Positions 8,697 through 17,400 of a DNA stretch of 64,000 nucleotides are shown here, piece after piece. This DNA comes from an uncultured Candidatus Saccharibacteria bacterium. GTDB taxonomy: Bacteria > Patescibacteriota > Minisyncoccia > Phycocordibacterales > UBA9973. The first letter of the stretch is position 1. Each line of letters opens with the position of its first letter. The notes below the pieces were generated by a model. The model was not told where the DNA came from. It worked only from the letters and a program-made list of their open reading frames with translations, and made no database searches. Position numbers and translations under genes: made by a program. The DNA lies in NCBI GenBank assembly GCA_964474375.1, contig CAYYSG010000001.1, positions 18,559 to 82,558 of the forward strand, in the 5' to 3' direction.

Positions 8697-9824
8697 TTAT
8701 TTGTCTTGCAAGACACAGGCATCGTATAGATTCTTACGGTTTCTTGATTCGGTTTTTGCAAAGTCACTAGCTGGTTTACAGCTACCTCCGCCATATGCTC
8801 GAAATGTATTTTCTATATCACCCTTACATTTTTCAAAATTATATTGCAGTAGCTCTGCTCCAGCTTTTATGGCTTTGGTTGCATCGTACATATCTTTTGG
8901 ACAGACCGTGGTTTTTGTTTTTGCTGTTAGTCTGCATCTAGGTTTGCCATCTTCTGGAAAAAATGTAAATTGCATAATCCCTACCCCATGAGAAAATCTC
9001 CAGTCTAGTCCTAAATCATCACGACTTGGATTACTGGCGGTGAATATACCGCCCGTTCCATGGTCATCATTTAAAAAACTAGAGTTAGTTCCTAATAGGT
9101 TATTGTTTGGGTTAAATGTAACGCCTTTGTATGTTTTACCTGATGCAATGAATTGCCTTCTGGCTGGTACGCTTTTAGGAATAGGTGCATTTTCATCGTG
9201 CCCTATTACGCTAGGGTTACCTCGGGATTCACGGAGAGCCACCACCTGCAACATGCAGTGATGTATACCATAAGATGGAGCAATGGATTTAATTTGGTTA
9301 TAATAAGCAGTCCTAGCGAATGTCGTTGTTACCTCTCTTTCTAGTCTGTATTGGCTGGCTGGGTTCCATTCGGACCATGTATTTTCTTCTATTTTGTTTC
9401 CTCCTATTCTTATCTTCACTAAATCAGGATTAATAGTATAAAGTATCAAATAAGCACAAAACATGAGTATAAGTCCTGCTATTGCTGTAGTTATTTTACT
9501 TCTACTATCACTTTTCTTCCATACGGTATCTGACCCCATATACTGCACTCCATAAACCATGATCATGACTACAGTAATAGCACCTGCCATAGCTATAGCT
9601 AGCCTTATTATAAAGTTTACAAAGTCAGAGAAGCCATTAGGGCTGACATCTTGCACTTCTTTTATATTACCTATTTCGTTTATTAGTTTGTATGACCCAG
9701 GCTTAAAATTTGCATTGTTTGTGTTTGTGGTGGCTTTGGGTAGGTTATCCGATTTTACTATTGTTGGGTAAACAAATCCTGTGGCAAAAATCAGAACCAG
9801 TATAAAAAGTGTTTTCTTTAACAT
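8697..9824 (-). CDS. Fusion protein: VirB2/TrbC-pilin-like two-helix module plus lytic-transglycosylase-like (VirB1-like) domain
   Basis: N-terminal ~130 aa are nearly identical to those of 6326..7414. C-terminal domain has LRESRGNP ... GVGIMQFT ... RAYGGG, resembling the SLT motifs ES / GLMQ / AYNxG but with a long insertion. Confidence 0.45.
   Translation of the reverse strand: MLKKTLFILVLIFATGFVYPTIVKSDNLPKATTNTNNANFKPGSYKLINEIGNIKEVQDVSPNGFSDFVNFIIRLAIAMAGAITVVMIMVYGVQYMGSDTVWKKSDSRSKITTAIAGLILMFCAYLILYTINPDLVKIRIGGNKIEENTWSEWNPASQYRLEREVTTTFARTAYYNQIKSIAPSYGIHHCMLQVVALRESRGNPSVIGHDENAPIPKSVPARRQFIASGKTYKGVTFNPNNNLLGTNSSFLNDDHGTGGIFTASNPSRDDLGLDWRFSHGVGIMQFTFFPEDGKPRCRLTAKTKTTVCPKDMYDATKAIKAGAELLQYNFEKCKGDIENTFRAYGGGSCKPASDFAKTESRNRKNLYDACVLQDK
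9403..9635 (-). repeat. 233-bp direct repeat copy B
   Basis: Identical to 6891..7123. Lies inside 8697..9824. The flanks are only ~85 percent similar. Confidence 0.85.
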
Positions 9825-9827
9825 AAG

Positions 9828-10775
9828 TTAAAAATTAAGCTCCAATGCAGATTTGAATTCTTGGTATAGTGATCGAGGATTATCGTAATTTAGATTCAGG
9901 CGAACAACTCCACTGTCATCGGGCCGAATAAACGAAATCAGTTCTGGAATTTTTTGGTTATTTACATCTTCCCCACTAAGGTTCCAGACAATATTTGGAT
10001 TCAGTGTTTTATTTATACCCAAAGGAACACCAAAAACTGAAATAGTATTGTCATACCCAGCAACTTCATTTTTTATAGTGGTCCCTAGATTAAGTCCAAC
10101 CAAAGGACTGTATTCGTAGAATAATATTTTGTTTCTAGTAAAAGGTATACTAATAGAAGAAGTTTTGGTTTCAGAATTGGGTTTTATTACAGATACTGTT
10201 ATGTTTTCGGATCTTTCTATTTCTGTGTTTTTAAAATCAACAAAATTATTAGCACTGCTAGATTTCGTTTGGAGTGATTTGCCATTTCTTGCCCAAGAAT
10301 ATGAAACTTGTCCCCCACTAGGGTTCAGGACAGCTACGCGCAAATCATTTTCTCTTATTGGTATACGCTTACCCATGTAAAAAGGAATACTTTTACTATT
10401 CATTGCTTCCCAGATTAAGTCATAAGACATAGATGAAAAAGTTATATTTTTAGTAACCTTAGACCCACCAACTAGTGTTATTTCAGCATCAATGTTATTT
10501 TGTGCTCCTGGAGTATTACTTGATTCTATTGTAAATTCTTTTTCACCATAGCCAGATTTAGTCACACTGCCGTATGACCATTTAATATAAGCTAAATCTA
10601 AGTTTGTTTCGTAGCTTGTTAGTGTTGCTGTTACCTCCTCGCCTTCTCTTGGATCTACTGGATTAATACTGATGGATATATTAGGTTCAGATTCAAAAGT
10701 ACCCTGCGCCAGAGCACTGCCAGTTATAATAAATATAAATAATGCTATACCTAACAGGTATTTTTTCATATACAT
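9828..10775 (-). CDS. Secreted hypothetical protein within the T4SS-like cluster
   Basis: Signal peptide MYMKKYLLGIALFIFIITGSALAQ. No recognisable motifs. Confidence 0.5.
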   Translation of the reverse strand: MYMKKYLLGIALFIFIITGSALAQGTFESEPNISISINPVDPREGEEVTATLTSYETNLDLAYIKWSYGSVTKSGYGEKEFTIESSNTPGAQNNIDAEITLVGGSKVTKNITFSSMSYDLIWEAMNSKSIPFYMGKRIPIRENDLRVAVLNPSGGQVSYSWARNGKSLQTKSSSANNFVDFKNTEIERSENITVSVIKPNSETKTSSISIPFTRNKILFYEYSPLVGLNLGTTIKNEVAGYDNTISVFGVPLGINKTLNPNIVWNLSGEDVNNQKIPELISFIRPDDSGVVRLNLNYDNPRSLYQEFKSALELNF

Positions 10776-10786
10776 ATTATAGCATA

Positions 10787-12649
10787 CTAGTTTTGCTGTG
10801 CTTTATTTTTTTCAGCTTGAATAGCCAGAACTTGAGCTGGGTCAGATGTGATTATTTGTTCCTCTGTATAAGACGAAACTATTTTGATGGCTACGTGTTT
10901 TAGTCCTGCGAAAAATATCCCTTCCCCTACGTTGGCTTCTAGTAGTGTGTATTTTTCCGCATCGGTTAGATTAAATGCATCTTTTAGGACATCAATAGTC
11001 GTTGGGGACTGTTTTAGAAGCAGTTGCATTGAAGAGTTAGTTAAAATAGGTCTACCATATGGTGATTTTAGGAAGTCCTCCACGTCTTGTGTAATTGTAG
11101 CTAATCCAAGGTAATATTTACGTCCACGTTTTGCAATACTGTATAGGAAACTAGCTGTGTCTTCGTTTTTCATCATCCACCAAGCTTCATCCACTACCAT
11201 TAGTCTCTTTTTTAGATTCTTACGGATTTCATTCCATATGAAATGAGTAATTATATACATTGCTACAGGTTTTAATTCATCTTCCATATCACGTATTGAA
11301 AACACAACGAACTTCCGGTTTATGTCGACGTTACTTGGTTTGTTTAAGAATCCTGACCATGAGCCGGTTGTGAACTTTTCTAGCTTTGTAAGTACTGAAG
11401 AAGTTCCGTCCATACCAGCTAACACAACTGCAAAGTCGGACAATAGTGGTGGTTCAATAGTACTAAAGTCTGAATCAACGGTAATGTCCTTTAGGGCATA
11501 AGTCTCGGTGATTGCACGGTCGATAATAGCGTCTTCTTCGGGAGTTAGCCCACCCAGCATTACGCGAAATAGCCCCACTAGATTGATTGTATTTTGGCGG
11601 AGTACGTCTGCATTTGTTTCGTCTTTACTTGGGATCGGTAAATCAAAAGGATTTATATGGTGGTCAGATGATAGTGATACATTAAAATATCGCCCCCCTA
11701 CTGCGTCGGACAGGTATTCGTATTCTTTTTCCGGGTCGATAACTATAACATCAGTATCGAACATGAGTGAACGCAGAATTTCTAGTTTGGTTGCGAAAGA
11801 TTTACCAGAACCTGATTTTGCAAATGTTACAGAGTTATAGTTTTCCAATGAAAATCGGTCAAAAATAATAAGTGAATTATTATGCTGATTGATTCCATAT
11901 AAAATTCCTTTGTTGCCTGTTAGGTCAAACGAAACAAAAGGAAAAGTACTGGACAATGGTTCTGTGTTCATTTTTTGCATTACACGCAAATTGTCTTTTG
12001 CCATCGGGATGCTGGACAGGAATGCCGTGTCTTGCTGAAAAGTCGCTGGTTTGATGAATATCATTTGTGAATCCAGCTGACCTTTTATTTCGTTCTCGGC
12101 CTTGAATAGATCGGATTCATTTTCGGCATATATGTTGATATATAGTCCTACTTCGAACATTTTTTCTTGTGCTTGCTGCAAAGAATCGCGCAGTTGCTCT
12201 AAATCTCTATATGCTGATTCTAACATTGGGTCACGAACCATACCCTTGCTCTCTCTTTCGGATATTTGACTTTGGACTTCAGCTACCTTTTTCTGGAATT
12301 GGGACATTATTTTACCAGTATCTACTGGGGTTATGTTTATGGAAATATCGAAAACCCTGTCCAAGTTTATTATAGGTGTTAGCCAGTTGTCAGTTAGTAT
12401 ACTAGGATATCCTACAATATAGAATGAACGTACTATCATGTCCCCTAGATTAAGAGCAGTAGGCATTATCTGCAGTGCTGATGGGGCTATAATGTCTTGT
12501 AGTTCGAGCTGAGCTGAACTAAAGATTTCTTCTGGTCTAACAGACAAAGAACCAAGAACACTAGATGATTCTTTTTTGTTTCCGCCACCAAATATTTTTG
12601 AAAATATAGACATATTATTGGTTACTTTGCTTAGGGATATGACCAGCAC
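10787..12649 (-). CDS. virB4: VirB4/TrbE/TraC-family conjugation-type ATPase, C-terminal ATPase portion
   Basis: Walker A FAKSGSGKSFATK. ..HHINPFDL, Walker B LMVVDEAWWMM, and RGRKYYLGLATITQ. Overlaps the upstream partner ORF by 35 nt. Confidence 0.7.
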   Translation of the reverse strand: MLVISLSKVTNNMSIFSKIFGGGNKKESSSVLGSLSVRPEEIFSSAQLELQDIIAPSALQIMPTALNLGDMIVRSFYIVGYPSILTDNWLTPIINLDRVFDISINITPVDTGKIMSQFQKKVAEVQSQISERESKGMVRDPMLESAYRDLEQLRDSLQQAQEKMFEVGLYINIYAENESDLFKAENEIKGQLDSQMIFIKPATFQQDTAFLSSIPMAKDNLRVMQKMNTEPLSSTFPFVSFDLTGNKGILYGINQHNNSLIIFDRFSLENYNSVTFAKSGSGKSFATKLEILRSLMFDTDVIVIDPEKEYEYLSDAVGGRYFNVSLSSDHHINPFDLPIPSKDETNADVLRQNTINLVGLFRVMLGGLTPEEDAIIDRAITETYALKDITVDSDFSTIEPPLLSDFAVVLAGMDGTSSVLTKLEKFTTGSWSGFLNKPSNVDINRKFVVFSIRDMEDELKPVAMYIITHFIWNEIRKNLKKRLMVVDEAWWMMKNEDTASFLYSIAKRGRKYYLGLATITQDVEDFLKSPYGRPILTNSSMQLLLKQSPTTIDVLKDAFNLTDAEKYTLLEANVGEGIFFAGLKHVAIKIVSSYTEEQIITSDPAQVLAIQAEKNKAQQN

Positions 12650-13262
12650 TGTCCCCTGGGTTAAATGTTTTGTAATAAAGCTCGATCAAGCCTTCGGTGT
12701 TTAAGGGTACTGACCGTACTCCACAGCGGCCCAGAGTTTGCATTACGATACCTAGTCTTTGTTCTAGCTGGTTTCTTTTTTCATTCCAGTCTACTTCTTC
12801 TTCGGATTCTATTTTTTTTAAGCCCCCAACAGACCCAAAAAATTTTGAGAAAAATCCCCCAGTACGTATTAATGACTGACTATATGGTACAACTATATAA
12901 AAATGTTTTGACATTATGTTTACCCTGCTAGTTAGTTCACGAATAAATTCGATATATTCTCTGGTTTGGAATTTGAGCAAAGGCTCGTCTATTTTGTCGA
13001 GTCTTTCTTCTAGTGTTAGTAGGTATGGTCTAATATCGAATTTTCTGGACTGGACGACTATTTGAGTATCAAAATCGAGCGAATTTAATAGTGATTGGAA
13101 TTGTAATATTATAGACTTTTGTTCGTCTTGTGAGCGCAAAGTAAAGTTAATAGCGGTACACAGTAGTACAGCTCTTAGTCCACCATCATTAAGTTCCACC
13201 ACCCCGTCACGGATGTGTTTTATCGGTACAAATGACTGACTGCTTGGTGCTTTGATTGACAT
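12615..13262 (-). CDS. VirB4-family N-terminal domain, encoded separately in a different frame
   Basis: PIKHIRDGVVELNDGGLRAVLLCTAINFTLRSQDEQKSII resembles the VirB4 N-terminal region. Together the two ORFs total 835 aa, close to a typical VirB4 (~800 aa). Confidence 0.5.
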   Translation of the reverse strand: MSIKAPSSQSFVPIKHIRDGVVELNDGGLRAVLLCTAINFTLRSQDEQKSIILQFQSLLNSLDFDTQIVVQSRKFDIRPYLLTLEERLDKIDEPLLKFQTREYIEFIRELTSRVNIMSKHFYIVVPYSQSLIRTGGFFSKFFGSVGGLKKIESEEEVDWNEKRNQLEQRLGIVMQTLGRCGVRSVPLNTEGLIELYYKTFNPGDSAGHIPKQSNQ

Positions 13263-13263
13263 A

Positions 13264-13692
13264 TTATTTTACTGATTGACCGCTAGATTGGTCTCGGTCC
13301 ATTACGTCTAGACTCCATGCCAATGCTTCTATCTTACCACGGTCTAGGTTTTTCGGTGTAGTTAGGACAGGCTTTTTTGTGGCTATTCCTTTGTTATCCA
13401 TGTCTTTTTTGTGTTCAGGTCTTTGCCAGACATACATACGGTTTTTTGTGTAGTGTGTTAAAAATGCTTGGAACATTAGAATAGCTGGACGAGAATTCGG
13501 CTTCCAGAATGAAAGACTAATAGCTAAGAATAAAAATAAAGCTATAAGTATAAAACCAAAAGTAAAACCCAGATATGTATATGTTACATAAGCCAGGCCA
13601 ACTCCCCCACCTAGATAAATAAATTGCTTAAAAGTCAAAGGCCCAATGACTTTGTCTTCTATGTCTAAAAATCTTGGCATTTGGAATTGCAT
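13264..13692 (-). CDS. VirB3/PrgI-like small membrane protein
   Basis: 142 aa. IEDKVIGPLTFKQFIYLGGGVGLAYVTY then a TM helix, matching the VirB3/PrgI-type pattern (..GLT.rQ...), and located immediately upstream of virB4. Confidence 0.45.
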   Translation of the reverse strand: MQFQMPRFLDIEDKVIGPLTFKQFIYLGGGVGLAYVTYTYLGFTFGFILIALFLFLAISLSFWKPNSRPAILMFQAFLTHYTKNRMYVWQRPEHKKDMDNKGIATKKPVLTTPKNLDRGKIEALAWSLDVMDRDQSSGQSVK

Positions 13693-13733
13693 ACTAATAT
13701 AAGTATATCATAAGAAAATCCCAGAATATATTA

Positions 13734-14405
13734 TTATTCTGGGATTTCGCGGTATAGATCATTTTTCCTGTCACCTGTGGTTACTTTGGGTAAACTAGTT
13801 TCTATTTTGGTGCGGTCTAGTACTTGGTTTTCGTTCTTACTTTTTAGTATATCTTCCCAGGAATCTGATTTTAGGGCAGGTATGGAATTGCTATTCATCT
13901 CTGCTACTTTTTCATGGCTTAACATGCCACTAGGTCTAATGTCGCTGGTTACTCTTGAAACTGGTGCTGGGGCTACCCCTTCAGGTCTTGGAACATCTTG
14001 CATTTCGATGTAGTCGGATAGCTCTTTCTCAATCATGTCGTCGTTTTTCCAGTTGTTCTCTAGTACTGCGACTCTTTCTTTGGTTAGAATATTGGCAAAG
14101 ATATAGTCATGTATACCACCACGGACAGAACTGTTTACATTTGGCAATGCCTGGGTTATTTCATCTTTAACTTCACTTGGTCTAATGAAACCCAGTAATG
14201 TCATTGTAGTTATGTATTCTATCTCACTAACATATTCAGGTGCTAAACTGTAATTTTTAACCATATTTAGAAAGTCATTTGCATAACTTTGACCTAGAAC
14301 ATAGTTCCGTAATTCCGGCTGAATATTTTTAAGCCTATCCATTATTTGAGAAACTTCTTCTTGGGATTCATTAGGTATTAAGTTGATTTTATTATTTTCA
14401 TCCAT
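13734..14405 (-). CDS. Hypothetical protein, T4SS-like cluster
   Basis: 223-aa ORF with no recognisable motifs, gene-dense context, same strand as the cluster. Confidence 0.4.
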   Translation of the reverse strand: MDENNKINLIPNESQEEVSQIMDRLKNIQPELRNYVLGQSYANDFLNMVKNYSLAPEYVSEIEYITTMTLLGFIRPSEVKDEITQALPNVNSSVRGGIHDYIFANILTKERVAVLENNWKNDDMIEKELSDYIEMQDVPRPEGVAPAPVSRVTSDIRPSGMLSHEKVAEMNSNSIPALKSDSWEDILKSKNENQVLDRTKIETSLPKVTTGDRKNDLYREIPE

Positions 14406-14408
14406 AAA

Positions 14409-17400
14409 TTATGCTTTAGGTGGTTGGTATTTGTCAGTTGTGTCGACCTTTGTGTCTTTGTCTTGCCAGCTTCTACCATAGTTTTCATAGAATTTTCTGT
14501 CATACTCTGCCATTCTTACTAGCCCTGTAGCTATTGCTGTTGGTGCTGCTACCCAGCCGAATGGAGCACCTAGTACTGATCCTTTTGCTACGTCGGTATG
14601 TAAGAATGAATCATTGAGTACTGCACCTAATTTGCTTCTTGTTCCTGACGGGCTACTTTTTAGTTGATATGTCATGTTTTCTATATCACGAGCTGCTTCG
14701 GCTACATCTTTCAGAGCCTTGTCTTTTGCTTCACCTTCCATGGAATCTATATCGATTGAATTATAGACTGCCTCGTAAATTCTATTTTTAGCATGTTTAT
14801 TGAGAATCTCGGTGTCTTTTTTATACTTTTTAATGATCTCTTTCTTTTTGTCTTCGTCGGCTCCTGCCCATTCTTTGTCAGTTTTTGCTTTGTTTTCAAC
14901 TTCATTCATTATTTCCATAATGTCAGACCTTTTTGCCATTTTCTCGTCGGTCTCTGCTTCTTCTAGGTCTTTTCCAATTTTTTCTTTATATACGTCAAGA
15001 CCAGTTTTACGTTGGAATATTTTACCAGATTTTTCTCTTTGGAATTGCTTATATCTATCTGCTCTGTCAGTTTTAACTTTTTCCATTGCTTCTTCTGCAC
15101 CTTTTATTCCGATTACATGCATAGCTTTACCTGTTTTTTCATCTACGTATGTATAGCCATCACCTTTTAAGGCATTTAGCTTGTCTTTCTCTATTTTAAT
15201 TTCTTTTCTAATTTCTTTTTCTGCGTTTCCTAGTTTTGTGGCTTCTTTGTTTGCGTCTGTTTGGCCGTCTTCGTGTTTCCTTATTTCTTCTTTTAAGGCG
15301 TTCTTATCTTCTTCCAGTTTAGCTTTTTGACCTTCAAGTAAGACTTTTTTAGCAGTATCTGTCTCAGCGTCTATTTCTTTTTGTTTTTCTTTAATAAGAT
15401 TTTCTTGTTCGTTGACTTTTCTTGTTTTTGTTGATATTTCAGCTGCGTGGTCTCTGGCTACTTGTTGGTAAGAACGCATTTCAGAGAATTTTTCATCAGC
15501 ACGTTCTTTTAGGTCATTAACTATGTCTTCTTGGTTATTTGCTGCACGTTCTGTTTTTTTCTTAACATCTTCCATTTTGTTGTACATTTCTTGGTCGAAC
15601 CCTAGAGAGTCTTCAAACTTTTTAATTCTCTCTGTTTTTCTTTGCATCTGTGCCATGTATCCCCCAGCAGTTGTAGCTGTTTGGAATTGTTTACCAAAGA
15701 AAGGTATATAGTTTGTACCAGCTTGCATATTAACCCCTGTGAATCCTGATACTGCGCTGGCAGCTTTGTTTTGACGTAAATCAAAGCTACCTTTACGTGT
15801 CATATCGAGTGCTCCTACTTTTAGTCTTGCCCATGTGTTGCCTTCGGCTGCTTTTGTCATTAGTTTTTCTCCTGCGGTACTTTGCATATAACGACTAGCT
15901 CTTTTACCTAGTGCATTTCTACCAGCCCAGGCTGCGCCACCTGTAGCTATTGCTGCACCAAATCCAGCTACGCCAGACGCTACTGCTACTAATTTATCCC
16001 CTGCTAGTTTAGCAATGCTCGAAGTCAGGCCTTCTGTCATAGATTTTATTAAATATAAGAATCCAATTATCAGCATAAAAGGTATGATCAAACTCATCCA
16101 CCATTCTATACCCACAACTCCGTCGCCAAATACCGCTTTAAAAGGATTGTTCTTTACAAATAGTACTAGTATCATCATTAAAACTAGGAATATTGGAGCC
16201 TTGAATGCATCTTTTAATAGTCCTTGCATCCATTCTTCAAAACCAACCATTTTTAGACCACTTCTTTGTCCTGATGATAACGACAATGAAAACACTGCTA
16301 AGGGTGAAAGTATAATTGCAAATATAAGCCCTATAATACGGTATATGAACTGCAAAGCTATTTTTAGGAATATCAGCATTGCTATGACGTTAAATATCAC
16401 ACCCATTAGGAGTATCATGAAGACCGTTCCTTTGTTTTCGTCTACTTTGAATGTAGCAGCGTTGTCATCAAGTCCATCTAAGATGATTTTTTGGGGGTCG
16501 TAACCTTCGGCGGCAGTAGATGAAAGACTAATAGCTTTACCATCTGCCCCGTCGGTACGACTAAACACGTTGTAGTATAGTTGGCGCGCAGTAATGTTCG
16601 ATATATCTATAACTATTGTTGTTAGCGGGAATGAAAAGTTAATAACCGTAGCCACTATCAGAGTGTTAACTATTAGTTGCTTAGTACCCTGCCCTATGTT
16701 TAAAACTAGTTTGAATGCTAAATATAGCAACATAAATATAAAGAACAAGTTACATACATCACGAATGAATCTCCAGCCGTCTTTTATATACTGTGCATTG
16801 TATGAATCTGGCTGGATACTATAAGCCAAAACAAAGTCCATGATGCTACCCGCTACACCCAGTAAGAATGCTGTTGGTACAAAAACCATATAGTAAAACC
16901 CAACAACAAGACATCCAGTAAACCAAGTGCCAATGTCTTTCGCATCACATTTAGGCATCCAAGCCGGACCACTACCAGCACTATTGCCTGAGCTTATAAG
17001 GACTGCCCCACCTCTGGATGTTTGTGTTATTTGATCTGGTATTGATACCGAAACAACAGGAGTATATCCATTGTCGTCAAACCAAGGGTCGTGTTCGTTA
17101 GCAAAAAGTCTAAAATAATAAGTTTTGTTTTTTTCAACTTGTAGTGGTTCTAGTCCAAAAACCATACCAGTTTTTGCATCGCTTATGATAGGTGAATCTA
17201 CTTTTTCACCGAATATATACGGGTTTAAGTTTATCTCTTTTACGTCATTACCTCCTACTTTTGGATCAGTGTTACTAGTTGAATATAAAAGATAAAATCC
17301 ATATCCACCCTCATTTGCTGTTCGGGTATCTATTTCTGGGTTATTAAAGCCTTTTGTAAAATTATCCCAGTCACCTCCTGGAATGTCTCCAGGAGATGCT

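Noticed and set aside
16015-16503. 162-aa plus-strand ORF (and others at 14800..15156, 18223..18639)
   Set aside because: Embedded antisense in the 1417-aa gene, with no motifs and biased composition typical of shadow ORFs in AT-rich DNA.
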